A stretch of DNA of 64,000 nucleotides from an uncultured Ignavibacteriota bacterium (GTDB taxonomy: Bacteria > Bacteroidota > Ignavibacteria > UBA10030 > UBA8401): contig CAIOTF010000014.1 of NCBI GenBank assembly GCA_903861125.1, positions 54,497 to 118,496 of the forward strand. Direction: 5' to 3'. Position 1 is the stretch's first letter. Each line of letters begins with the position of its first letter. This document shows, one piece after another, positions 18,527-28,220 of this stretch. The position numbers and the translations under genes were made by a program. Under the pieces are notes generated by a model that saw only the letters and a program-made list of their open reading frames with translations, had not been told where the DNA came from and made no database searches.

Positions 18527-20051
18527 CGTTGTCTATTACGATCTGATAAAAATATACACCATTGGTAACCAAAGAGTTGTTCTCATTTCTTCCATCCCAT
18601 AGTTCGTCATGTTCGCGCGTAGATTCGCGTACTGCGTTCTGAACGACGGTCCGGACTAGATTCATTCCAAAATCAAAAATACGTAACGTTACTTTGGCAG
18701 CCGACGGTTTTCCTGTTGCATAATGGATGCGCACTGTCTCGTCGTCCGGTGCAAAAGGATTCGGATATGCATATGTTTCCGAGGTGGACGGAAGTTTTAA
18801 TGATGCGTGTAGGATCGTCCAATTGCTGCCGAACGGTGTATTGATGTTGTCGATCGTCTTCACTGCACCGTCAGCGCCGCCAAACCAGGCGGTGTCGCCC
18901 GATGATGCAGCCGCAAAGAATTTGCTCTGTGTATACCGTTGACGTGTAGACTTATCGTAGATCGATCCTGTCTGTATCCAGGATTGTCCGAAGTCGCTTG
19001 AACGGAAGATACCGTTGTCTGTCGGAACATACACAACATCTCCCTTGAAACCGAAATTGTGAGGGAATTCTCCGAGCAATGCTTGTTTCCACGAGATACC
19101 GCCATCTTCGGTAAAACTGACGCCGCGTTTTTCAGTATTGTCCGAAGCATTTATTGTCGCTGCCCAGATGATATTTTTTGTTGAAGTTTTTTGCTTGCCT
19201 ATGCCCACAATAAAATTGCCTGAAATGGGATTGAGTTGAGTTTGTTTGGTAAATTTCGTCCAGGACAATCCTCTATTTGTTGTTTTATTGATGCCGCCGG
19301 CCGATCCAATCCAAACCGTGGAATCGTTCTCCGCAAAAACAGAGAATGCCCTGTGGTTCAAATTGTTCTGCAATCCTAATGCTCCGCCGGAAGGAGAGAG
19401 ATCGAAGACGAGAGAATCATTCGGTGAGATGGATGTAAGATTATCCGGCGGCAGGATGACGCGTTTCCATGTTTTGCCGGTATCGTTTGTCACTCGCGCC
19501 ATGCCGGCGAACGAGCAGATATAAACGGAACTTCCTGCAATGGCGATATCGTACGTGATATTATTGATCGCCGTTGTAATTCCTAATGCGCGGATCGTGC
19601 TTTTCGAATTCCAGAATAACGTATCAACATTTTTTGTATCCAATGGCTGCGCGATTACTTTCCACGTCTCACCGCCGTCAGAAGAATACCGCAATCCGCT
19701 TCCTTCTGGTAAGGATTGGTTATCACGCACCACAGAGTGTGCGGTTGCAACCCACACATTTTTCCCTCTTACTGCCAATGCCGAAATATCTTCTTTGCCG
19801 AATTCCGGTGAATCATAATAATTTTTCCAGGTTCGTCCGCCGTCCGCCGATCTGCTCAAGCCTTTACCGGTGCCGAGCCAAATTGTATCATTACTGATGA
19901 CGATATCGGTAATGCTGTTGCCTGCCTGAAGCGTCGGTAATGAATTTGATTGTGAAAGCTTGAACGATTGTTCTGAAAGAATGTGTGGCTGTGCAATCGC
20001 AATTCTCAGACACGCAAATATATATAGCAAACGTGAAATAGGTTTTTTCAT
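18489..20051 (-). CDS. BNR/Asp-box repeat beta-propeller protein with a type A T9SS C-terminal sorting domain
   Basis: Signal peptide. At least 5 S-x-D-x-G-x-T/S-W repeats (SADGGRTWK, SSDGGETWK, TNDTGKTWK, TNRGLSWT, SSDFGQSWI). C-terminal YAYPNPFAPDDETVRIHY...GVYFYQIVIDNDEPRWGKILVIQ. Confidence 0.65.
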   Translation of the reverse strand: MKKPISRLLYIFACLRIAIAQPHILSEQSFKLSQSNSLPTLQAGNSITDIVISNDTIWLGTGKGLSRSADGGRTWKNYYDSPEFGKEDISALAVRGKNVWVATAHSVVRDNQSLPEGSGLRYSSDGGETWKVIAQPLDTKNVDTLFWNSKSTIRALGITTAINNITYDIAIAGSSVYICSFAGMARVTNDTGKTWKRVILPPDNLTSISPNDSLVFDLSPSGGALGLQNNLNHRAFSVFAENDSTVWIGSAGGINKTTNRGLSWTKFTKQTQLNPISGNFIVGIGKQKTSTKNIIWAATINASDNTEKRGVSFTEDGGISWKQALLGEFPHNFGFKGDVVYVPTDNGIFRSSDFGQSWIQTGSIYDKSTRQRYTQSKFFAAASSGDTAWFGGADGAVKTIDNINTPFGSNWTILHASLKLPSTSETYAYPNPFAPDDETVRIHYATGKPSAAKVTLRIFDFGMNLVRTVVQNAVRESTREHDELWDGRNENNSLVTNGVYFYQIVIDNDEPRWGKILVIQ

Positions 20052-20899
20052 TGAATGAATATCCTTTTGATGATCACATTGGAATATGCATTCGACTGAT
20101 CTTTTGCGGCAAAAATGAAATCCCGGTAAGTGTTCCGGGTGGTAGAATTGAATATTGGGACAATAATTGAATAGATTCCGTCACCTGCCAGACTATCACC
20201 GCTTGTCAATCCAAATTGGGGGAGCACCGTCTTCCCGCCGTCATCAGAAAGTGAAAATGTTCCTACAACGGATGAATCAGGACGTTGAGATGTCAATATA
20301 ACTGATACGATGTCGTTCAATCCCTGCTGATCGGACACTCCAAGCGAGATATAAATCAGATTCACGGAATCAGCACTGTTCGGAACCCGCACGGAATCCG
20401 GAGATGAAAGATTGAAAATGGTCGGTGCGTTGTTCGTCGATAAAATGATATTGAGAGGAATGTTGAATGTATTGCTTGAGAAGCCTTCTTTGTCAGTTGC
20501 AGTGAACTGGACATTATAGATACCGATGACATCTTTTGGTAATTTAAGATCGATCTGCGCATTATATTTGCCATCCGATGCATTTACATCAGGTGCTATG
20601 CCATTGTCATGCAATGTTCCCGAAGTGAACAATTTTCCCGAAGGCGAGATCACTCTGAACGATATCGTTGCAATATCAGCTAGACCGTTATCGTCGCCTG
20701 CATAGACGTATCCAAGCATTGAAATATCGATCGTAGTTCCTGTTGAGGATATTTTCCCAAAATCTACGATGGCTGGGGCGATACTTGCTTCGATGATTGA
20801 AGGAGGTATTTGTGTGTCAATAACAGCGTTATCACTCGGAGCTTTGCATCCGGCGATTGCTATAACGGCACACAATAATAGGCGAAGTGTTCGGTCCAT
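20048..20899 (-). CDS. Lipoprotein, probably with Ig-like folds; first gene of the long minus-strand operon
   Basis: Lipobox LLCAVIAIAGC after the N-terminal Met. Beta-rich, Ser/Thr/Asn-rich sequence. 4-nt ATGA overlap with the BNR gene. Confidence 0.5.
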   Translation of the reverse strand: MDRTLRLLLCAVIAIAGCKAPSDNAVIDTQIPPSIIEASIAPAIVDFGKISSTGTTIDISMLGYVYAGDDNGLADIATISFRVISPSGKLFTSGTLHDNGIAPDVNASDGKYNAQIDLKLPKDVIGIYNVQFTATDKEGFSSNTFNIPLNIILSTNNAPTIFNLSSPDSVRVPNSADSVNLIYISLGVSDQQGLNDIVSVILTSQRPDSSVVGTFSLSDDGGKTVLPQFGLTSGDSLAGDGIYSIIVPIFNSTTRNTYRDFIFAAKDQSNAYSNVIIKRIFIQ

Positions 20900-20901
20900 A
20901 T

Positions 20902-20932
20902 CAAAAAAAAACCGAGGACTTTATCCTCGGTT
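20902..20932 (-). terminator. Intrinsic terminator for the upstream minus-strand operon that ends with the M50 protease
   Basis: On the minus strand the sequence reads ccgagga-uaaag-uccucgg followed by U9. The U-tract ends 3 nt before the ATG of the lipoprotein gene. Confidence 0.5.
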
Positions 20933-21070
20933 AGAATAAAGCAATCTGCAATTAAAAAGTTGTTCGCAAAAATTTGTATCGGAATCTAATGTATCGAACT
21001 TTTCTATGGCAGACTGCAATTGTTATTGAATTCTTTAACAATAATAATAAAATTTTGTTTGAGAGTCAAA

Positions 21071-22003
21071 CTAAAAGGCAATATTGAACGGTGATGGCGT
21101 AAAACTAATGACTAAAATTCCAAATGTAAGCCAACCAATAAGACGACGGTTTGCATCTAATTCAGTTTCATCTTCAACCGGAGGATGATATAATTTTACC
21201 ACGAACAGCAGTATCAATGTCCAAAAGACCCATCCGGACCAACCGATAGTAGTTTCAACACCAAGCAGCGGTAATAATCCGGCCGCACCAAGAAGAAAAA
21301 TAAAGCCAAATGAGACATTTGCGACCATGGTATGATTTCTTCCAAACATCGTGTAGGAAAGATGTCCGCCGTCCAGTTGTCCGATGGGAATCAAATTCAT
21401 TGCGGTAACAAAAAGCCCGAACCATCCTGTGCAAAGGAAGGGATAATGATACATCTCGCTCATCGGCGGTATGAAATCTGTAGCACCGTTTGTCAGTATA
21501 AGTCCGAAAAAATTATACAACAGGGAATGTCCAAAAGTCAATCCGATTCCTTGCTGTGTCTGAGTGAAATAATCGGGATGAATCTTAAGAATGAATTCTT
21601 TACCAGGAAGGTGCGTGAATCCGTATATCAATATTGCGATCGTTGCAAAAAATCCGGCGATCGGACCGGCAACGCCGATGTCGAACATCACCTTCTTGGA
21701 GGGGATAGGAGACTGCGTTTTAATTATTGCACCGAATGTACCGAAATTCATAAAACCTGGCACCGATGGAGTAGGGATGAAGAACGGCAGCGTTGCATCA
21801 ACACCGTGATAACGCGCGGCAAAATAATGTCCGAACTCGTGACAGGTGAGAATGAAAAGGATTGAAAACGAATACGGCAGACCGTACGCAAAATTGGAAA
21901 GTTCAAACGGATCGATATTGAGCCAAGCCACACCGGCCACCGTTGTAGTAAAGAAAGTTGCAATGAACAGAGAAAGATGGAGAAGAATTTTTCTGATAGT
22001 CAT
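21071..22003 (-). CDS. Site-2-protease-like integral-membrane zinc metallopeptidase (M50 family)
   Basis: The HExxH motif (HEFGHYFAARYHG) lies in a transmembrane segment and the protein is polytopic, as in RseP/SpoIVFB-type proteases. Confidence 0.6.
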   Translation of the reverse strand: MTIRKILLHLSLFIATFFTTTVAGVAWLNIDPFELSNFAYGLPYSFSILFILTCHEFGHYFAARYHGVDATLPFFIPTPSVPGFMNFGTFGAIIKTQSPIPSKKVMFDIGVAGPIAGFFATIAILIYGFTHLPGKEFILKIHPDYFTQTQQGIGLTFGHSLLYNFFGLILTNGATDFIPPMSEMYHYPFLCTGWFGLFVTAMNLIPIGQLDGGHLSYTMFGRNHTMVANVSFGFIFLLGAAGLLPLLGVETTIGWSGWVFWTLILLFVVKLYHPPVEDETELDANRRLIGWLTFGILVISFTPSPFNIAF

Positions 22004-22006
22004 AAT

Positions 22007-22822
22007 TTAAAAATCAATATTGAATCCAACGCCGGAATATGTATCACTGCGGTCATGATATTCCCCGTGGATGCTGTTGCCGGAATAATAGATGAAGAAA
22101 ACTTTTGTCCCTCGTCCGCTCCAGTTGCCCATCTTTGCTCCCGCTTGAAACTCGTGCCGTGGACGAAGTCCAGTCACCGTAAACTGATAGGCAGCATATC
22201 CATGAACCGAATCGAAAAGAGATTGATGATATTCACCTCCGAAATATTCGGCGAATTTCGGCAATGTAGTCGGATCGACATGCCAAAGATAGAGTGTGCC
22301 GAAATAGATTCGAAGAGAACTGACAGGTTCATAACTGACGGCAAGATCAAAAAATTCCCTGCTGTACACCCTTGGATGTATGCCATCTTTCCATAATCCT
22401 TGTGTACCGTCATAATGTCCGTCAACAAAGTGTGCGCTGATGTGGCTCAGTCGCAATCGTGATGAGAAGAGACCGCAATCCAGAGAATCAGCGTAATTGA
22501 TATTGAAACCGAAGAGATAATCCACAGCATCTACGGGAAAATGAAAATCCTTTTCTCCGCGAAGCAAGGTGAATGTAAAGAAATCTGATCCGATTGTAAG
22601 ATGCTTTCGGCTCTCCTGGAAAGTGTATTGAAATAAATCAACGGAATTGCCGATATCCAGTCTCAACCGGTTATCGTTTGCATGCCAGATCAGTCCCACG
22701 CGCGGTTCGAATGTTTGTGCTGTCAACGGTCTGAAAAGAAGAGGTCCGGATGCAAATGAGAAACCAGATTCCGCTGCAGATGTCAGTGAGACAAGAGAAA
22801 GAAGAAGAAAAATATGTTTCAT
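22007..22822 (-). CDS. Small outer-membrane beta-barrel protein (MipA/OmpV-like); hypothetical
   Basis: Signal peptide MKHIFLLLSLVSLTSA and the alternating pattern ending in ...GVGFNIDF with a C-terminal Phe. The start overlaps the stop of the upstream PHP gene by 1 nt (TAATG). Confidence 0.45.
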   Translation of the reverse strand: MKHIFLLLSLVSLTSAAESGFSFASGPLLFRPLTAQTFEPRVGLIWHANDNRLRLDIGNSVDLFQYTFQESRKHLTIGSDFFTFTLLRGEKDFHFPVDAVDYLFGFNINYADSLDCGLFSSRLRLSHISAHFVDGHYDGTQGLWKDGIHPRVYSREFFDLAVSYEPVSSLRIYFGTLYLWHVDPTTLPKFAEYFGGEYHQSLFDSVHGYAAYQFTVTGLRPRHEFQAGAKMGNWSGRGTKVFFIYYSGNSIHGEYHDRSDTYSGVGFNIDF

Positions 22823-24432
22823 TACGGTTGAATCCAAATCGGGTTTGTATAACAGAATCCGTCACGGTCTATTCCGTGTCCATGCTGAGTGTATGCCTCT
22901 GCTCTAATATACGAAAAGAATTCCGCTTGATGCCAATCGCTTATCTGATGAATGGAATACGGATTCCTGAACTGCCTGATCTCAAAAAGTATGCGTTCAC
23001 CTTTGCCGATGATCCCTATAAAAATTTTGATGTGAGTGAATGTTCCGAATTCATCCGTTGTTTCACCGTGAAATTTTACAACAAATTTTTTTCCACTCAC
23101 TGTTTCTCCAATCCTGCCTACGTCTGGCGAATCCGTTTCCATTTCGATCGTCAGCAAAGGACCATTGGTAATAACAGTTCTCCCTTTTCCCATTGCATCA
23201 ATCACATCAGATTCCGTTAAGGCCGAAACAAGCGCAGCCGTCTTCATTTTGCCAAAGAGCTGAGCTTCATTTTCTCTGAACATGACCATCGGAATTCCGA
23301 TCTGAACAAAGCGGTTAAAGTTTCCATGGGCATCGTTTCCGGCAAGGATGAATTTTTTTTCTCCCCGGTTGAGCATCCATTTCCAAACGTCCATGCCTCG
23401 GTAAAAACCGTCCGAACGCGATCCGTTTAAGATTTGAATACCTGAGAGTTCTTTTTCACTCATATCTTTCAAGGACCATTCGTCCCGCTTCAGCAATACT
23501 TTCTGCAGGGACGAAACATCCTCCGTCGGATGAGCAGCATATGCTACGACATTATTTTCTTTTTGTGAGAGAATTTCACCAATGGTAAACTCGCTTTCGG
23601 TGGTGAACCATTTTTCAGCTCCATCACCTGAGCCATGAAAGAAACGGCGGTTACCGAAGAGAAGAAAATGCACATTATAGTTCTCCGAATTTGTGCAGGA
23701 GACTTCTTCTCCGCGAATTACGGCGAAATCTTTTTCTCTCGCGTTTACCTGGTCGATCTCATTCTGGTATTCTTTCCATTTTGGGATTTCCGGATCGTTT
23801 ATAAGATAATTATCGGCTGAATCATCAAGATCATAAGAATGATCGGTAACTCCCACGAACGACAATCCCATAGAGCGGCACAAATGGGGTGCGGCAGCGA
23901 CCGGAGAACCGAATTCAACCTGATCCTCGGTATACGTAGAATGTGTATGTGTATCTCCGTAGATCCAGCCGTTTACCGACGGTAAATATGTCTTAGAACG
24001 ATAGAATTTCAGAGGTGGTTTAGAAGTGAATCGATGGTTGTTATTGTGGGTAATTTTTATTTTTCCTTTTTGTTTCGTGACAATCTCAACATCAACATGC
24101 ATCATGCCATACTTTGAAGCCAAATTACCCGTAAAGTTCAGGTCCAGGATCTTCCACCAGAAGTGAGATCTGATCATTAATGCAGGCGAAAATTCAAATG
24201 TGTGTGTATACTCCTGCCTCGCATTGTGTGAGATGGTTACGGTGATGCTCAACAACTGAATCGGATAGATATCGGCATCTTTGATTAGGATGAGTACCGG
24301 ATACGGTTTGTCCGGGTCTAAACGGTGAGGACCGTCGGCAATAATCTCTGGTTCGGAATTATTGTACAGACTGAAGAAATATTTGAAACGATAATGAGTC
24401 TCAGCATATAAGAAGAAAGGAAGAAGGAACAT
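22822..24432 (-). CDS. PHP-domain metal-dependent phosphoesterase-like protein with an N-terminal domain of unknown function
   Basis: GDTHTHSTYTED...VGVTDHS and later HP/NDAHG histidine clusters are typical of the PHP (polymerase/histidinol-phosphatase) fold. Confidence 0.5.
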   Translation of the reverse strand: MFLLPFFLYAETHYRFKYFFSLYNNSEPEIIADGPHRLDPDKPYPVLILIKDADIYPIQLLSITVTISHNARQEYTHTFEFSPALMIRSHFWWKILDLNFTGNLASKYGMMHVDVEIVTKQKGKIKITHNNNHRFTSKPPLKFYRSKTYLPSVNGWIYGDTHTHSTYTEDQVEFGSPVAAAPHLCRSMGLSFVGVTDHSYDLDDSADNYLINDPEIPKWKEYQNEIDQVNAREKDFAVIRGEEVSCTNSENYNVHFLLFGNRRFFHGSGDGAEKWFTTESEFTIGEILSQKENNVVAYAAHPTEDVSSLQKVLLKRDEWSLKDMSEKELSGIQILNGSRSDGFYRGMDVWKWMLNRGEKKFILAGNDAHGNFNRFVQIGIPMVMFRENEAQLFGKMKTAALVSALTESDVIDAMGKGRTVITNGPLLTIEMETDSPDVGRIGETVSGKKFVVKFHGETTDEFGTFTHIKIFIGIIGKGERILFEIRQFRNPYSIHQISDWHQAEFFSYIRAEAYTQHGHGIDRDGFCYTNPIWIQP

Positions 24433-25514
24433 TAGGATATCGCCGTTAAGAGATGATCAATGCGCTGACGTAGCACTGAATAATCATTGTGAAATTGTGT
24501 AAATCCGGAATATGAATTGAATTGCTCCATCGCACGCGTCAGTGAAAATTCTTTTTGTGATTCAAAATAGCAGATCTTTTGATCCTTCAGCCGCTGAGCC
24601 AAATATATCTGCTCAGTTTGCTGCGGGGTCGGAACAAAAACAGCATTGGCACCGAGATGTGACAGATCCATGATGGTGCTGTATCCCGGCCGTGAAATGA
24701 TGATATGTGATGCAGCAATTGCTTCCGACAATTCACCGGAAGTAAGGGAACCTATTAATGTGAGAGTGTCCGAGAGTTTCATCTTTAAGAATCTCTCCGG
24801 AGTGCCACGTACAACCAGCGCACGCAGTGTAGTCGTTTTTAGCTGATCCGTAATTAATGTTTCAAATAATGTTCGCTGAGGTTCCGGTCCGGAAAGAATC
24901 ACAAGAACATCGAGCTCTTTTTTTGTTGCGGCAATCCGCTTCAGACGTGAAAGGGGACCGATGAAAAAAGAATTTTGTGGAAGGACGGAATCGTGCGAAA
25001 GTTCTCCGCTGAGATTGTTCTCAGATTCGATATCAGGAATCCATACTTCGCTAAATGGCCTCATCAAATGTTTGTTTGCGTAATCAACAATCCCTTGTCC
25101 CCAGCGTAAATACGCGGAGAGTAGGATCCTGAGCTGATGCACCACGTATACTGATGGGACATTTACAGAATATGCACCCCAGCGGTTATCCGAAATAACG
25201 GCATCAATGCCATGGTCATTCACTATCTTTTCCAGTAATCGATGTTCATCGCCGATTCCTTTGAATAGTTTCGGCAGTTGACGGAACATCGTCCACGCCA
25301 TATTTGCGTTCACTGGATATTGTATCGCATACCCGGGATACCGGATATGCTCAAGGTCGGGGAATTCTTTTTTCAGCAATTCTGCCGGACGATTGTCGGC
25401 CGCGATTATGACCTCAGCCCCTTTCGCAATCAGTTCTTGGATGATCGGGATACACCTGGTAGCATGGCCAAGTCCCCAATCAAGCGGAGCGATCAGAATC
25501 CGTTTCTTCCTCAT
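24432..25514 (-). CDS. GT-B glycosyltransferase (GT1/GT28-like, MJ1255-type)
   Basis: N-terminal RILIAPLDWGLGHATRCIPIIQELIAKGAEVIIA is the nucleotide-sugar-binding Gly-rich loop of MurG/UGT-like enzymes. Confidence 0.55.
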   Translation of the reverse strand: MRKKRILIAPLDWGLGHATRCIPIIQELIAKGAEVIIAADNRPAELLKKEFPDLEHIRYPGYAIQYPVNANMAWTMFRQLPKLFKGIGDEHRLLEKIVNDHGIDAVISDNRWGAYSVNVPSVYVVHQLRILLSAYLRWGQGIVDYANKHLMRPFSEVWIPDIESENNLSGELSHDSVLPQNSFFIGPLSRLKRIAATKKELDVLVILSGPEPQRTLFETLITDQLKTTTLRALVVRGTPERFLKMKLSDTLTLIGSLTSGELSEAIAASHIIISRPGYSTIMDLSHLGANAVFVPTPQQTEQIYLAQRLKDQKICYFESQKEFSLTRAMEQFNSYSGFTQFHNDYSVLRQRIDHLLTAIS

Positions 25515-26164
25515 CGTATTGCTCCAAACGAGTATCCGCGCCGTTTGATTTCCGGTATCACACTATCAAGGATGTCAACGATCCGGCGTTGAGTGAGATC
25601 ATTATCATGATATACAAGGATTGCGCCATCCGAAAGATTTTTTAGCGAAACGCGTACGACCCGGTCATGTGTCCATTGCCGGAAATCGCCGGTCAGGCAG
25701 CTCCACATCACAAGAATGCAGCCAAGTTCACGTGCCGCTAAGATGGTCTTTCGGGAAAAAAATCCAAATGGCGGACGAAACAAACGTACATTTTGGTGGA
25801 TTATATCCGCGATGATTTTTTTCGTTTGGAGTATCTCTTCCTTAGTTTTTGTCTCGGATAATGCAAGCGATCGGGAATGATTGAATGCATGGATTCCGAT
25901 GGAATGGCCCTCATCTGCAATACGGCGGACAATCTCCTCGCGTCCCTGTATGTTTTTCCCGGAAAGAAAAAACGTTGCACGGACTTCATGTTTTTTCAAA
26001 AGATCCAGTACAGCTGGTGTTGCAGCAGTATGCGGTCCGTCATCGAACGTAAGGTACACTTTTTTGCCGGGCATTCGCCAGAGCAAAGAAGGAAAGAGTA
26101 TCTGATGTATAATGCCGGTATGCGAGATCATGCTGATTCTTTTTTTAACGTGCGCTCTTTCCAT
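25511..26164 (-). CDS. Polysaccharide deacetylase (CE4, NodB homology domain), cytoplasmic and NodB-sized
   Basis: Canonical motifs: YLTFDDGP (motif 1), HSIGIHAFNHS (H-x-x-x-H, motif 2), and VLVMWS/LVYHDND. 217 aa with no signal peptide. Confidence 0.8.
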   Translation of the reverse strand: MERAHVKKRISMISHTGIIHQILFPSLLWRMPGKKVYLTFDDGPHTAATPAVLDLLKKHEVRATFFLSGKNIQGREEIVRRIADEGHSIGIHAFNHSRSLALSETKTKEEILQTKKIIADIIHQNVRLFRPPFGFFSRKTILAARELGCILVMWSCLTGDFRQWTHDRVVRVSLKNLSDGAILVYHDNDLTQRRIVDILDSVIPEIKRRGYSFGAIR

Positions 26165-27279
26165 TCAAAAGAAAAAAAATATCCGCCGATAGTTGAAATA
26201 AGAACAAAGGGAATATGGATGATCGCCGTAACAATAAAATATTTCATCGCATCAGAGGTTTTTGTTATGGTTGCAAACCGATGCATAATCAGATAATCGG
26301 TCAAAAATTTTCCCGTCACGACGATCCAGGGGATGATATTCCATTCAACCAGTGTCAGTGGTAACGCTATCGTCAACGCAACGTACATAATAAATGTGCA
26401 GATCATAAAGAACATCATATACGGCGGATAATAAGCGGTCTGTCCGACCCAACGCATGCGCTGATGAAAAACTGCTTTCCATGTCATAACCGGATGCGTT
26501 GAAATAGCTGCATCATCATCGAAGGCAAACCGCGCCTTCCATTTTCCTGACGCTGCGATCTTTTGTGCGAGTAATGAATCATCCCCCGTATTAATGTGGG
26601 TCAACGCATCAAATCCATCTGCTTCATCGAATGCTTCAATACTGAATGCCATATTGCTTCCGTTGCTGACCAAAACCCGCTTCATCCCTATGGCGCCGGC
26701 AGCAATTGCCGTGTAGGAAATAAAATCCAGGAATTGAATTCCCCAAAACGGCGACGAGATACGGTCATCCTTTCCGTACTTTGTCAGTCCTGTAACGACT
26801 CCGACATTCTCTTCAAAATACGAATTGATCGCTGAAATCCAGCCGGGAGAGGCGATGCAATCTGCATCGGTGGTAATGATGATCTCGCTCGCAGAATGCT
26901 GGATCCCCAATGTCATCGCACGGATCTTCGGGGAACGTATCGTTGAGGTGATATCGGATTTCAAGAGTGTTATTGTTACGGTGGATCGTTGTGCAATTTC
27001 TTTTACTATTTCAGGGGTTCTGTCCGTTGATTGATCGTCGATAACGATGATCGCAAGTTTTTCTTTGGGATAATCCTGAATGAGCAGAGAGTTCAGGATG
27101 CGTTCAATATAATTCTCCTCGTTACGGGCCGGAATGATGACGGTAACGGAATGTTGAACCGTGTTTTTTCCTTTTGTCAATCGGGCGAGACCGCGAAAGA
27201 AGAATAGAATTTGGCGTACATACACTGCCAGCAGAAAAATCAAAAGAACGGAGGTATATTCAATGAATATCCTCATCAT
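26128..27279 (-). CDS. Membrane-embedded processive GT2 glycosyltransferase (NodC/PgaC/chitin-synthase-like)
   Basis: N-terminal TM segment, then VTVIIPARNEENYIERILNSLLIQDYP, a DD motif and QRMRW (the Q-x-x-R-W of processive beta-glycan synthases), with 3-4 C-terminal TM helices. Confidence 0.7.
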   Translation of the reverse strand: MMRIFIEYTSVLLIFLLAVYVRQILFFFRGLARLTKGKNTVQHSVTVIIPARNEENYIERILNSLLIQDYPKEKLAIIVIDDQSTDRTPEIVKEIAQRSTVTITLLKSDITSTIRSPKIRAMTLGIQHSASEIIITTDADCIASPGWISAINSYFEENVGVVTGLTKYGKDDRISSPFWGIQFLDFISYTAIAAGAIGMKRVLVSNGSNMAFSIEAFDEADGFDALTHINTGDDSLLAQKIAASGKWKARFAFDDDAAISTHPVMTWKAVFHQRMRWVGQTAYYPPYMMFFMICTFIMYVALTIALPLTLVEWNIIPWIVVTGKFLTDYLIMHRFATITKTSDAMKYFIVTAIIHIPFVLISTIGGYFFSFEWKERTLKKESA

Positions 27280-28220
27280 TTTCTTTTCAATTTTAAAACA
27301 AGTATCGCACCAATTGCCGTAGGAACAATGACATTTGCGAACGACATGATGATGGATGCATTGAATGCTACTGCCGCACTTGCGCCGACCTTCTCAAAAA
27401 AGAAAACCGCGGCACTTTCGCGGACGCCAAGATCGCCGAACGATATCGGCAGTATCACAGCCTTCACAAAAAAAACCGAGGCGGCACAGATCATCGTATC
27501 GGAGAGCGAAACATTCCCGAAAGCGGAAGCTAAAAAATAAAATTCGAACAAGATAACAGCATACAGCATTGAAGTTAAAACAAATAACACTCTCGCGTTG
27601 GAATTGTGAAATTCATCTTCAATCACCCGGAACATTTCATAAAACCGGTGTGCTCGTATTCTTTCCGGAAGCAATTGAAGAAAAATTTTCACCTTCTCAG
27701 GAAAAAGATACAGGATAGCGATTAAACTCAAGATAATAATGATGAAAATGGTGTAGTAAGGATTCCAATATTCAATAAAATAGTTTGAAACGAACATCAG
27801 CAAACCAACACCGCCAATAATAAATGTTAAAGCTGCCCAGTATAATTTGTCTACGATAGTTATGCCGATGATTTTTGCTTTATGTACATTTGGGTGACTC
27901 GCAATCCTTCCTGCAAATTCCCCCAATTGAGCAGGCGTGAAGAATCCTGCCATAAACCCTACAAACAATGATGTGAATACTTCATCGTTGGAAATATCCT
28001 TTGAAACAAGGCGGAGCAAATATCTCCAACGGTAAAAATGAACGATCAACTGAATTACCGCCAAAGCAAATCCAGCAGACAGGTAGAACGTATTTGCATG
28101 CTGGAATGATTGAACTACTGCACGAACATCAATGTAGTAGATCAAACCACCAAGCAGTATCGTTGAGACAAGAATTTTTGCAGCCGTTAATACGGCTGGA
28201 TGCGAAAAAAATGCTTTCAC
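27276..28220 (-). CDS. Flippase-like polytopic membrane protein (UPF0104 / lysyl-PG-synthase TM-domain family)
   Basis: About 8 predicted TM helices and no catalytic motifs. Such proteins are often found between GT2 genes. Confidence 0.5.
   Translation of the reverse strand: MKAFFSHPAVLTAAKILVSTILLGGLIYYIDVRAVVQSFQHANTFYLSAGFALAVIQLIVHFYRWRYLLRLVSKDISNDEVFTSLFVGFMAGFFTPAQLGEFAGRIASHPNVHKAKIIGITIVDKLYWAALTFIIGGVGLLMFVSNYFIEYWNPYYTIFIIIILSLIAILYLFPEKVKIFLQLLPERIRAHRFYEMFRVIEDEFHNSNARVLFVLTSMLYAVILFEFYFLASAFGNVSLSDTMICAASVFFVKAVILPISFGDLGVRESAAVFFFEKVGASAAVAFNASIIMSFANVIVPTAIGAILVLKLKRK

Noticed and set aside
20940-21025. Two copies of ctgcaatt about 70 nt apart upstream of the lipoprotein operon
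   Set aside because: An 8-mer repeated in AT-rich DNA is expected by chance, and there is no supporting symmetry.
21332-21865. 177 aa plus-strand ORF
   Set aside because: It lies wholly inside the M50 protease gene on the opposite strand and is a shadow ORF.
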